A DNA stretch of 63,965 nt, filler included, from Malassezia furfur (Eukaryota), in the NCBI GenBank assembly GCA_052055015.1. It is 4 parts of 4 records of this genome, joined end to end, with 100 filler letters (N's around TTAATTAATTAA, not from the genome) between each part and the next. Parts side by side here need not be neighbours in the genome. Positions count along the whole stretch, not along the records: positions 1 to 16,679 come from JBQJIT010000243.1; positions 16,780 to 33,419 come from JBQJIT010000244.1; 2 more parts are not named here. The stretch is one strand, 5' to 3'. Below the pieces are notes generated by a model. It did no database searches. It saw only the letters and a program-made list of their open reading frames with translations, and was not told where the DNA came from. Within the stretch, counting starts at the first letter, position 1. Each line of letters begins with the position of its first letter. Positions 11,680 to 22,135 of the stretch are shown here, in pieces. Both the position numbers and the translations under genes were made by a program.

Positions 11680-11842
11680 GCCTACTGCTGGCCGTCGTCG
11701 TCGCCCGCGCGTAACGACCTCCACGGCACACGCCTCCATTTCCTTGACAAAACATGCCCGCGTGCCTACAAGGGCTCTCCACCCGGCGCGTGTGGCCAGC
11801 GTCTCCTATGCTCGATCTAGCCGGCGGTGTGGCTCGCGTGGA

Positions 11843-13852
11843 ATGGCGTCCTACTCCATGAACGGTGCGAACCCCAATATGGGCGGCACGAATGGCGGAA
11901 ATGACCCAAATCGCCCAGAGGCGCCAGATTACACGCTTTCGGGTGTGCTGCACTTTCTCCAGAGCGAATGGCGGCGATATGAGCGCGATCGAAACAGCTG
12001 GTCGATCGAGCGTGCCGAACTGCGCGCGCGCATTGCGCTGCTGGAGGGCGAGCGACGGGGCGTGGAAAATGTGAAGAACGACTTGCTGCGCCGCATCAAG
12101 ATGCTCGAGTACGCACTGCGCCAGGAGCGCTTTAAGAACCAGGCGAATGCGCCTTCGCCTGCCGCTGCCACCGCGGGCGGCAAGCCAGCGGCAGACAAGG
12201 GCCCGACGAACGGTGTTTCAATGCCTCATACGCCGCAGAACGAAGAGGCAAACACCCCGCAGACACTCCAGGACGCGCAGCGGAGCGGCAAGAACCTTGG
12301 CGTACCGCCCAGCACGCACGTCAAGCTGCCCCTCGGCGTGAAGGATGCCAAGGGGCGCGCCAAGAGCCGGGCATATCTGCAGCAATGCCTGCAGGAGATT
12401 GCCTACCTGACGAGTGCCGCGACGCTCAACCCGCTCGCCGGGCAGGCGGAGGAGACCGATGCGTCGGTGCCGGTGCCGCCTCGTCCGCGCCTGGCGCTGC
12501 TCGAAAACGTGGGCGCCGCGGAGGAAAAGGAGGCGCCAAAGGCATCTGCGCCTGCTGAGGAGGCGTCTGTGGCTGCGCCTGAGCCGGCCTCGGCCAAGTC
12601 GGCCGCGCCGAGCGAGGCGCCCGACACGGGGGCGCCGGTGCCGCTCGTTGCCGTCGATACGCCGACTGTGGAGCGCAAGGAGCCGCCGCTTGCGGTCTCG
12701 GCGTCGCCCGAGGTGCCTGACCATACGTCGTCGCCCGTGCAGCCGCTCACGAGCGTGCCCGACGTGCAGCTGTGGAAGCTCAAATGTTCGATCCCCGCGC
12801 ATTTTGACTCGGTGCGTGCGACGGTGTTTGACTACAATGCGGACCGCCTCTATACCGCCTCGGACGATGCCACAATCAAACACTGGAGCATCAAGAACGA
12901 GTCCGAGGGCCTGTCCGCCGACCTGCTCACGACACTCCGTGGCCACGAGGCGGGCGTCACCTGCCTTGCGCTGTCCAAAGAGCGCCGGTTCCTGTACAGC
13001 GGCAGCCTGGACGCCACAGTGCGTGCGTGGGCGCTGCCAGCCCCCGGCGAGACCACCGAGCCCAGTGCGAGCACCGTGCTGGCCACCGTGCCCAAGGCCG
13101 TCTGGGGCCTGGCCCTCTTCCCCTACGGCGGCCAGGACGACGCGCTGCTCGGCAGTGTATCGGCGGACGGCTCGGTGCGGCTGTGGTGGACGGACAACGA
13201 AAAGGGCGAGCGGCTGCACTTCAGCTGGGACTACTTTGGCACCGATCCTAACAACGAAACACTCGAGGAGCGCGCGCAGATGGGTACACTGCCCGTCCCC
13301 ACGTCGATCACCGCCGTGCCCGCGAGCATGCGTGTGTGTGCCGTGAGCTTCTCGAACGGCGTGGTGAAGACCTTTTCGCTGGAGACTGGACAGGAGCTCA
13401 AGCGGCTCGTCTCGGGGACCCTGGCGCGCCCCGAGTGTGCGAACAAGCACGCCAACATGGTGGTCGCACACCCGACGCTGCCGCTCGTGGCGACCGCCCA
13501 GGAGAACAGCTATATCCACATGTACGATGTGATGACGGGCGCGTGTACCATGTCGCTGCATGCGCATGGCGACAGTGTGTCGTGTATCGACATTGACCCG
13601 TCCGGCCTGACGCTGGTGAGTGGCAGTCACGACTGTACGGTGCGCTTCTGGGACATTGGGAGCCCCGAGTCGCGCGACGGAACCGAGCAAGGCGCGCTGC
13701 ACGCGTCCCAGTCGCACTCGGCCGTGTGTTTCCAAGAGATCCGACCGCACGAGGTCAAGGCAAACGAGGGAGTGTTGTCGGTCGTATACCACGCCTCGGC
13801 GCCCCTCGTCGCCACCGCGGGCGCGGACGGCATAGTTCGGTTGTTCGGATAA
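11843..13852 (+). CDS. FAR8: Striatin (STRIPAK scaffold; Far8/Pro11) with WD40 repeats
   Basis: YTLSGVLHFLQSEWRRYERDRNSWSIERAELRARIALLEGE..DLLRRIKMLEYALRQER plus C-terminal WD40 repeats. Confidence 0.93.
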   Translation: MASYSMNGANPNMGGTNGGNDPNRPEAPDYTLSGVLHFLQSEWRRYERDRNSWSIERAELRARIALLEGERRGVENVKNDLLRRIKMLEYALRQERFKNQANAPSPAAATAGGKPAADKGPTNGVSMPHTPQNEEANTPQTLQDAQRSGKNLGVPPSTHVKLPLGVKDAKGRAKSRAYLQQCLQEIAYLTSAATLNPLAGQAEETDASVPVPPRPRLALLENVGAAEEKEAPKASAPAEEASVAAPEPASAKSAAPSEAPDTGAPVPLVAVDTPTVERKEPPLAVSASPEVPDHTSSPVQPLTSVPDVQLWKLKCSIPAHFDSVRATVFDYNADRLYTASDDATIKHWSIKNESEGLSADLLTTLRGHEAGVTCLALSKERRFLYSGSLDATVRAWALPAPGETTEPSASTVLATVPKAVWGLALFPYGGQDDALLGSVSADGSVRLWWTDNEKGERLHFSWDYFGTDPNNETLEERAQMGTLPVPTSITAVPASMRVCAVSFSNGVVKTFSLETGQELKRLVSGTLARPECANKHANMVVAHPTLPLVATAQENSYIHMYDVMTGACTMSLHAHGDSVSCIDIDPSGLTLVSGSHDCTVRFWDIGSPESRDGTEQGALHASQSHSAVCFQEIRPHEVKANEGVLSVVYHASAPLVATAGADGIVRLFG

Positions 13853-13861
13853 CTGCGTAGC

Positions 13862-13928
13862 AAAAACATAATTGTCTCTTACGAGACACTCTTCTCTGAT
13901 CATGATTGTCATCCTTACTGCAGGGACC

Positions 13929-13959
<31 letters not shown>

Positions 13960-13983
13960 TTCGTATGCTACCCGAAGGTGCAC
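13862..13983 (-). ncRNA. SNR6: U6 spliceosomal snRNA
   Basis: Minus strand reads GUGCACCUUCGGGUAGCAU (5' UUCG stem-loop), then AAAUUGGAACGAUACAGAGAAGAUUAGCAUGGUCCCUGCAGUAAGGAUGAC (ACAGAGA box, AGC triad, ISL), and ends in an oligo-U Pol III terminator. Confidence 0.97.
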
Positions 13984-14346
13984 CAGTTAACGGCATCCAC
14001 CGGGGTCGATGGTTGCGATTTGCGCGGCGAATCACTGCCTTTGTATTTTTGGCCGTTATTTGTGTCGGCTGACTAACTTGCCCCGCGGCGTGCGATTGGC
14101 AGGACGGGCCTGGCGGCGGGGGCGGCACGCTTACCCAAGCTGCAGGGCATGCGTAGCGCGAGGGGCGAACAGGTGGGCGCGCGCCAACGGCGCCTTTTTC
14201 CGCGTCGAGCAAACTTCCAGGTCGCCCAGCGCCAGCGAACTTTGGCACCGCGTGCATTGACGGTTTTTGCGTTGTGCCGAATCTTTGGTCTGCCCCACGC
14301 GGGGGTTCGTGAGTGAAAGCCAAGGCGGTACGCGAACACGGGCACC

Positions 14347-16414
14347 ATGCCCGACCAAGACCTCTTACAGTCGTTCGACTCCCTGCACGTCGGGCGCGCG
14401 GCGTCGCCTGCCGCGCCCCACGCCGAGGGCCGCGCTAAGGACAGGTCCTTTGCACCCAACAGCGCCCCCCTTGATGCCCCCCTCTCGTTCTCTCCTTTCC
14501 ACCAGCCGCGCACGCTGCCAACGACGCCGGAGGGCGGTGCACCGAACCTGTATGCGTCGCGCTTCCAGCATTTGTTTGCGAACGGCGTCGGTCCCGTCGA
14601 CGGCGGCGGGCATGCCGACGCCGACGTGTTTGCACAGCCGGGTCTCGCACCGCCCGCCGCCTCCGAGCTGGGCCACAACACTGGCTTTGACGCGGCGCCC
14701 GGCGCGGCGCCAGGCGGGCGCACGGGGGTGCCCTTCTTTTCGCACACATGGGCAGCGCCGAATGCGGCGGCCCATGGCGTGTCGTTCGGCGCACCTGGCT
14801 CGGACCGCGGCACGGTGCTGGCGCCGAGCGCGCTACCGGCGCCACTGCAGCTCGGTACGGGCCCCATCCGCTTTGGGTCGCAGCTGCCGAGTGCGCCGGC
14901 GCCGAGCAGTGGCGAAAGCGACATTATTCCAACGGCGATCGTGATCAAAAACATCCCCTTCAACATCAAGCGTGAGCAGCTACTGCATGTGATTGTACGT
15001 CGAGCGACTAACGCAGCGTGATCTGGGCATTCCTGTGCCATATGCCTTCAACTATCACTTTGACCAGGGCATTTTCCGTGGCCTGGCATTCGCCAACTTC
15101 CACTCGCCCGCCGAGGCGAGCGAGGTGGTCGCTGCGCTCAACGGGCTCGACGTCAGCGGGCGCAAGCTGCGCGTCGAGTACAAAAAGGTGTTGCAAGCCG
15201 GCGAGAAGGAGCGCATCGAGAAGGAAAAGGCGATCAAGCGCATGCAGCTGCCGCATGCCGGCGACAAGGAGCGCAAGAAGGACAAGGCGCTCGCGCCCGA
15301 GCTGGGCCACCTCCCGCCGCTCAGCGTGTCGCCCGTGCCGCGGCGCATGGCGTCGCTCAATTCGGTGCTGCTCAACGGCTTGTCACCCCCGTCAAGCACC
15401 TCGTCTGTGTCGCCCAACGCGCACAAGGAGGTGAAGGGTAGCCTTGAGGCGGCCATGAGCGGCGCCCACCCGCCGCCCTTCTCCCGCCCACACGACACGT
15501 CGAACGACGCGCCACTCGACTTGAACGACGCCGAGACGCTCGAGATCTACTCGCGCGTGCTCCTCTTCCGGGACGACCGCATGCGTGATGAGCTCGCATT
15601 CAGCAAGTCGTTGACCCCCGCGGAGCGGCGCACCGTGCACCTCGTTGCCCAGAAGCTCGGGCTGTACCACTACACGATTGGCGCGCCGGACGACTGCTAC
15701 GTGCTGGTCAGCAAGTGGGAGCGCGGCACCCCCACCTCGGCGTCCACCCCCGAGCCGCGGAAGGATCTGCGCGCGAAAAAGTCGGTGCCCGACATGAAGC
15801 GCGCATCGCTACACCACGACCGCGACGCGCTGTACGAGTTCCAGCGGGCGACGTCAGCACGCAGCGGCTTGCTCGCGCCGACGCTGCCGATGAGCTCGCA
15901 TGCCTCCTCGGGCAACCTGCGCGAGGCCGGTGGGTTTGCCCAGGACCGGCACCTGGACGCCTTTGCGCACCTCGGCCCACCGCCCAGCGCGGGTGGCAAC
16001 GTGTTTGCGTCGCCCTTTGATATCCCCGTGGTGCCGCACCTCGCGCGCCCGACGAGCGCGGACATTGAGCGGCTCGAGCCCTACCCGAAACACCCGCATC
16101 CGGCGCTCTTCCGCTCGCGCTCGCCGCTGGCGCCGCCACACACGGGTGCTGCATCACCGGCAGGCGCCCTGTCGCACAGCACCAGCGCACTCGACAACGT
16201 GGGCGCCGCGCCACTGCCCGGCGCGGGGGCAGCGGGCCTGCCGCACCGCCCGCACCCCACGCGCAATTTGCCCGTGGATCTGATGCTTGACGGCCACGCC
16301 CCCAAATCCCGCATCCGCATTCCCCGTGCCTCGAACGCCTCGACGCCCGACCTGAAGCGCGAGGCGCGCAAGCTCCACGATGCCCATGCCACGGACCACG
16401 ACACGACCTCATGA
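14347..16414 (+). CDS. PIN4: RRM + R3H RNA-binding protein, Pin4-like
   Basis: IIPTAIVIKNIPF..PYAFNYHFDQGIFRGLAFANF..GRKLRVEYKKVL and R3H motif ERRTVHLVAQKLGLYH. Intron 14995-15016 (22 nt). Confidence 0.9.
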
Positions 16415-16519
16415 CCGGTTCCGCCCACGATTCTCCTTTACTTGATTAATGGACATAGATGCGTTGCCCCCCGCGTGCGGCCGCGCGCCGCCTCCACTTG
16501 CGTTTTGTCCGCTGCCGCC

Positions 16520-17656
16520 ATGTCGTCCGACGCGCCGCGCCCGGGCGCCTTGGCATGGGGAGCCGACGCGCGCGCGTCTGCTCTCGCCGAGCGCTCGCCA
16601 CACGTTCGTCTGCGAGCCCGCGCCGTGCCACGTCGCCGCGCTGCGGGCGTCGCACTCGCCGCCGACCGCACGCCGCAGCNNNNNNNNNNNNNNNNNNNNN
16701 NNNNNNNNNNNNNNNNNNNNNNNTTAATTAATTAANNNNNNNNNNNNNNNNNNNNNNNNNNNNNNNNNNNNNNNNNNNNCGCCTGCCGCGCAATCGCACG
16801 CGTCGCCGCCGGCGGCTTCGCCTGCTCGGCGCCGCGCACCGCCCGCGGAGCCGGCACCGACCGTCGTTGAAGACGTGTTCCAGTCGCGCTCGATCCCACC
16901 CGAGGCACGCGCAAGGTCCCAGCGGAGCACGCCGAGCAAGAAGCGCACGCGTGACCGGGACGCAATGAAGATCGGCAGCGACGTCTTTGCGGCCGGGTCG
17001 GCGGAGCCTGCGCGCTCGCCCGCACCCAAGAAGGGCAAGCGCACGCGCGCCGCCGATGAGGCTGCACAGGACGCAGCCCAAGAGACTCGTGCAGCGGCGA
17101 CTACCGAGGCGCCCGAGCCTCCTACGCCGCCGGCCGACGAGGCACAAGAGACCGGCGCGCCCGAGAACGGCGTGTCGACGGACGCCGCACCAGAACACCC
17201 ACCGCCGGCAACGGAGGAGGGCCAGGAGCCAGGCGCAGCCGAGGCCCAGCCGCCCGCCGACGAACCCGCTGCGCGCGAACCCGCCGCGCCGGCGTCCGAG
17301 GCCGCGGGTGCAACCCCAGCGTCCCAGCCCACCGCGCGCGGCGCGTCCCCAACGGCGCCTCTCTCCGCGCAGGACGCGCGTCGGCGCCTCTTTGGAAAAC
17401 GTACGTCATCGTCTCTATTCACACAGCACTCCCTACCCTGCTGGCGCAGCGCAAAGCGGCGCCGACCACGAGCCGTTCAGCCGGGCTGCAACGGACGACG
17501 CGGATCCCTCCGCTACACACGAACCGAAAACCGCCGCCGCCGCCGAAACCGCGCGCGGTGTCTTCCAAGCCCAAGACGGACGAGCCTGCGGGCTCGGACG
17601 ACGAGGAGCGCGAGCCCGAGCCCGAGATCGACTACGAAAACGAAGGGTTCTTGTAA
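16520..17656 (+). CDS. Hypothetical low-complexity protein interrupted by an assembly gap
   Basis: ATG at 16520 and an open frame after the gap. Intron 17401-17426 gives the C-terminus ..RSAGLQRTTRIPPLHTNRKPPPPPKP..EIDYENEGFL*. Continuity across the gap is not proven. Confidence 0.45.
16680..16779. other. Assembly spacer (N run with TTAATTAATTAA six-frame stop linker)
   Basis: Identical 100-nt artificial linker occurs three times in the window. Confidence 0.99.
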
Positions 17657-17681
17657 TTACTAGTATACAGGTCATCAATCA

Positions 17682-18422
17682 TCAAAAGTTGTCGGTGCGC
17701 GTCGTATACGCCGAAATGTCGACGTCGGGGAAGGGGTCGTCACTCATGCGCATCGGCTCATCGTCGGACGGCGCGCCGGGCAGGTTGTGCATCCCGAACG
17801 CACTCGGCGACTCGCGCAGCGGCGGCATCGACTTGGTCGCCTGGAACGGCCCCCGCGACGGCAGTGGCCGCATCGTGCGCCCCGTGTCGAGCGGCCGGTT
17901 TTCGATATTCGTGTGCGACGCCGGCCAGAACGATTCGTCGTCGTCAAACGCATTCGCGAGGATATTGTCTGCGTCATCGTCGTCCAGTCCACGCTTGGGC
18001 GCAATGACGTTGAGCGACGTATTCGCCGACTCGGTGTCCGACGACCACTGCGAGAACATGTTGGCGTCTTGCGACGACGGCGGCGGCATCGCCGTGCCGC
18101 GCAGCGCGCCGGTCGGCATCGTCGCGGTGCGCCCCCACTGGTGGAAGCTGCTTTTGACCTCCTGGAGCGTGTTCTGTGCATTCGTAAAGTGCCTCGGTGC
18201 GCCCAGCTCCGAGGCGCGTGGGCCACCCGCATACCCGCGGTTCACGTCTGGGTGAGTGTGTGGCTACGCACTGGCACGGATCCGCCAGCTCATGGACTGC
18301 AGCTGCGCCTGGATCTCGGGCGGAATGCTCGCGTATTCGGACGAGGTGCGCGCGAGGCCGCGCCCCTCGTGCTCGCGCTGGAGCACATCGTTTGAGCTAA
18401 TCGCACGCTTGCTCATGGTCAT
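17682..18422 (-). CDS. Spd1/Dif1-like ribonucleotide reductase inhibitor (HUG motif)
   Basis: IPPEIQAQLQSMSWRIRANVNRGY after removing the stop-containing intron 18248-18271 (24 nt). Resembles the HUG motif (Q..L..VGMRxRKSV..GY). Confidence 0.65.
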
Positions 18423-18631
18423 CGTGGCGCGCAACGCACCAGCGCCGCGCGGCGCGCCGCTTCACGGTGCGCACCGCGCGGCGCGCATACGCGCCGCTGA
18501 TTAATTCGTGGGATGCACGCGCCGCGTGTCGCGTGCAGGTGCGTGGAGGTGCACCGAGGGCCACCCACGGCTGCCGGGCAAGGAGGGCAGGGCGCGAGGC
18601 GCCCATGCCGCGACTGTCTATGCTACAGAGC

Positions 18632-19013
18632 TTACACTTCGAGGTCGTACGCGAGAACGTCTGAAGAGGTGTGAGCAAGCGCTCCCGGGGGCGGCGGCAC
18701 TTACCGTCGACGTTCGGGATGAGGTTCATCTTGGCAAAGCTGCGGTCAGCCGAGCACGTCGCACGTACTCCTTGTGGTCGTTGTCCTCCTTGTACCGCTC
18801 CAGACCCTCGCGCGTGCGGAAGACGGTGTACAGACCGTAGTTGAATCCATGCGCACGGGCGTCCCACACCGGCGGGCCCCACTTGAGCTGCAGCACCTCG
18901 TCCTTGGTCACCTGGAGATCGCGCAGCGTCTCGAGACGCGCCTTGAACTCCTCGAAACCGTTGGTGAGGACCTGCTGCTTGACCTTGACGAGCACGATGT
19001 GGACGTACACCAT
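18632..19013 (-). CDS. Dabb-family stress-responsive alpha/beta barrel protein
   Basis: VHIVLVKVK..RAHGFNYGLYTVFRTREGLERY..H..VLAYDLEV*. Introns 18740-18768 and 18661-18704. Confidence 0.85.
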
Positions 19014-19051
19014 GATGGGGAGGAGACAAACCGCCCGCGGTCCACGTGAGC

Positions 19052-20083
19052 TTATTTCCGAGACGCGCCGGGGTCGGTGGAGGCCCGCACTTTCGCCTCG
19101 TCCCACAGGTCGCGCTGGCCATACACGCCGGCGACAATGGTCAGCAGCATCCACGCGCCAGATTCGCGTTCGGGCGCATACGCATCGGCCATCGCAGTGC
19201 CTCGCGCGTGGGCGGTCCGGTAGTTGACTAGGAGCGTCGTGCATGTGCGTCCCAGCGCGCGCAGCCCTGCGATTTCCTCGCTGAGCAGCCGCCGGTCGAG
19301 GCGCGCGAGGAGCGCAAAGAGCCATTGTGCATGGAGTGGGTGGACGGCATGCCACATCGAGGTATCTTCGTAGACGCGCGTAAAGTAGGGCTGCTGCGTC
19401 CACTTGCGGATGTACTGGATGAGCTTCAGCGTGTCGGACTGCGTCAGCATACGACGTACCGTGTCGAGCGCTGCAATGGTGCGCGCCTGCGGCGCACAGT
19501 ACACAAATCCATAGTTGTCCACGAGCGGGTCGCCCGTCGGCACCTGCTCGACCGCGCCGTCGATGTCCCCTTCGGACGCGCTCTCAAACGCTTCCGACTC
19601 GTCGATCTCGCCCGTCATCCTCCGCTTTTCGTCGGCATTGGGTGCCTTGCGCCCATGTAGAAGATGGAACCAGGCGGCCTCGTCCGACACGGCAGGAATG
19701 CGCGTGCGCGGCGCGTCGGGTGGGGGTGTGGAAAGGATCTGGGGGTCAGTCGCCGGCCACGCACCTTGTGCAGGCGCTCGTAGCGCTGCAAGAACACGGT
19801 GCGCCACTTGGCCGTGGGCACAAACCCTGCCGTCTGGGCGGGCGTGGATGGCGCAGACGGCGCGTCGGCCACGCTAGGACGCTCCACATGTTGTGCACTG
19901 TACAGGATCGGGGGTTGCAGATTCGCTTCGCGTCTGTGTGAGGCCTGGCACGTACCGCACCATCGCCAGATACTGCTCGCCATCCAGTGGCACGCCATCG
20001 AAATCCAGCGGCAGCGTCGCGACGGGGAGGCTCGCTTGGCCATACTCGCACCGGGCGCCCGGCCGCACCCCACGACCGTGCAT
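19052..20083 (-). CDS. GEMIN2: Gemin2/SIP1 (Brr1-like) snRNP assembly factor
   Basis: QASLPVA..GVPLDGEQYLAMVRREA and QWLFALLARLD..LRALGR..VAGVYGQRDL. Introns 19934-19955 and 19739-19764. Confidence 0.85.
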
Positions 20084-20133
20084 CGTGCTTCTACGCTCGT
20101 GCGCTCGGCCGACCAATTTTTTTGAACGCCGCG

Positions 20134-21144
20134 ATGCCCAAACGCAAGGAACGCGAGAGCGACGCGGTCGAGGCCGAGCTGCCGCTCGCCAAGTACCTCG
20201 CGTCCACAGAGAAGCGCGTGCGGGACCGCGCGATTCGGTCCCTATCCGCCTTTTTGCTGCGCAGCGCTCAGGAAGGCGGCCTGGCGATGTCGCCGCTCGA
20301 GATCGCCAAGCTCTGGAAGGGCATCTTTTACTGCTTCTGGATGTCGGACAAGCCGCTCGTACAGCAGGCACTCGCACAGGAGCTAGCGAATCTTGTGCTT
20401 TATGTGGCTGGCCAGGGAGCTGACGGCGAGACAGAGCTGGACGAAAAGAACAGCGAGGCGCGTGCGCTTTCTGCGCTCGACTTTTTCCATGGGTTCTGGG
20501 TGACCATGGAGGCCGAGTGGCTCGGTATCGACAAGTTCCGCATCAACAAATACTACCTGCTGATGCGGCGAATGGTGCACGCTGCCCTTGTTCTGCTGCA
20601 GACGCATGGCTGGAAGGAGCCGATCCTGCAGCGCTTTGTGCAGGTCATGGGCGGCAAAGACGGGCCTCTGGCGGCAAACAATGTGCGTGTGCCCGAGAGC
20701 ATCACGTACCATGTATGTGACATTTTTCTCGACGAGCTCGAGCGTGTTGCCCAGGCAGAAGAGGGGAGAATACCGATGCTGCCGCTGCTCATTCCCTTCC
20801 TGAGCCTGGCCGCGAAGAGCACGTCGAAGCGCGTGTACGAGCGTGTGATGGGCAGCGTTATTACGCCGTTCCTTGATGCCACACAGAAGGCAATCCGTGG
20901 CAAGGAGACCGACTACCCTGCGCTGCTGGCGCATGCGGCGGTTTCTACGGAAGACGATGGTGACGAGGAGGACGAGGACGAGGAGGAGGACGATGAAGAG
21001 GACGGCGACGACGACCAAAAGCGCATCGCGAAGCTGCGGCGCAGCATTCTCCGTGCCGCATTCATGATTGCGAGTGGGTCTGATACCTATGCGCCGAGCC
21101 GCCGGAAATTGTACGCGCTGTGGCAGGCCGAGATGCAGCCGTAG
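20134..21144 (+). CDS. RRP1: Nop52/Rrp1 ribosome biogenesis protein
   Basis: KYLASTEKRVRDRA..KLWKGIFYCFWMSDKPLVQQAL..EWLGIDKFRINKYYLLMRR. Confidence 0.93.
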   Translation: MPKRKERESDAVEAELPLAKYLASTEKRVRDRAIRSLSAFLLRSAQEGGLAMSPLEIAKLWKGIFYCFWMSDKPLVQQALAQELANLVLYVAGQGADGETELDEKNSEARALSALDFFHGFWVTMEAEWLGIDKFRINKYYLLMRRMVHAALVLLQTHGWKEPILQRFVQVMGGKDGPLAANNVRVPESITYHVCDIFLDELERVAQAEEGRIPMLPLLIPFLSLAAKSTSKRVYERVMGSVITPFLDATQKAIRGKETDYPALLAHAAVSTEDDGDEEDEDEEEDDEEDGDDDQKRIAKLRRSILRAAFMIASGSDTYAPSRRKLYALWQAEMQP

Positions 21145-21208
21145 CGCCTCCATCGATCTGTTTAGTCATAGAAGGCTTCTCCAGAGCCTGTGCGCACTTC
21201 TTCTGGAC

Positions 21209-22135
21209 ATGGACGTGGAGAGCGCCGAGGCGACGCAGCGGCTGGGCCCGTCGTTTTCGACGTCGTTGATCGCGGGTGCCGCGTCAGGCATGTCGGTGGA
21301 TCTTCTGTTCTACCCGATCGACACCATCAAAACCCGGCTGCAGAGCGCGCAGGGCTTCTGGAAAGCCGGCGGCTTCGCCGGCGTGTATCGGGGCATGGGC
21401 AGCGTCGCCGTCGGCAGTGCGCCGGGCGCATCGATCTTCTTTGTGACGTACGAGTCGCTGAAGTCGTACCTCTCGCGCACCTTCTATCCCGGCCACGCGA
21501 AGGACGCCAAGGCGATGTCGCCGTTCGTGCACATGACCTCGGCGTCGATCGCCGAGGTTGCGGCATGCCTCGTGCGTGTCCCCACCGAGGTCGTCAAGTC
21601 GCGGCAGCAGACGGCCGCGTACGGGCGCATCTCGTCGCTGACCGCGTTCCGGCAGGTGGTCGCCGGCGAGGGCGTCGCTGGCCTGTATCGCGGCTTTGGC
21701 GGCACCATCCTTCGTGAGGTGCGTCGACGTACTCACCCAGATTCCGTTTACGTGCATCCAGTTCCCTCTTTACGAGTTTCTCAAGCACAAAGCCGCGGGC
21801 CGCACCAAGGAGCCGACGTGGTGGCAGGCGGCGGCGACGGGCAGCATCGCGGGCAGTTTTGCGGCGGCCGTGACGACGCCTTTGGATGTGATCAAGACGC
21901 GCATCATGCTTGCCAAGGTACGTCGCGCACATTCACACAGACGCACGCGGGCGAGGCTGCCGTCGACACGCGCATCACCGCGACGCTTTCGCGCATTGTC
22001 CAGCAGGGCGGCATCGGCGCGCTCTTTGCCGGTGTCGTGCCGCGCACGCTATGGATTGGGCTGGGCGGTGCCGTGTTTTTGGGGACGTTCGACGTGGCTG
22101 CCAAGCTACTGGAGCCGAGCGCCTTTGGCAAGTAG
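21209..22135 (+). CDS. SAM5: Mitochondrial S-adenosylmethionine carrier
   Basis: [44 protein letters not shown]. Introns 21719-21740 and 21918-21940. Confidence 0.92.
   Translation: MDVESAEATQRLGPSFSTSLIAGAASGMSVDLLFYPIDTIKTRLQSAQGFWKAGGFAGVYRGMGSVAVGSAPGASIFFVTYESLKSYLSRTFYPGHAKDAKAMSPFVHMTSASIAEVAACLVRVPTEVVKSRQQTAAYGRISSLTAFRQVVAGEGVAGLYRGFGGTILREVRRRTHPDSVYVHPVPSLRVSQAQSRGPHQGADVVAGGGDGQHRGQFCGGRDDAFGCDQDAHHACQGTSRTFTQTHAGEAAVDTRITATLSRIVQQGGIGALFAGVVPRTLWIGLGGAVFLGTFDVAAKLLEPSAFGK

Noticed and set aside
13872..14072. 66-aa hydrophobic plus-strand ORF
   Set aside because: It is the antisense of U6 snRNA and starts at a non-ATG codon.
16680..16779. TTAATTAATTAA within N runs (three copies) as a repeat or regulatory element
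   Set aside because: Artificial six-frame-stop contig linker. Adjacency across the gaps is therefore unproven.
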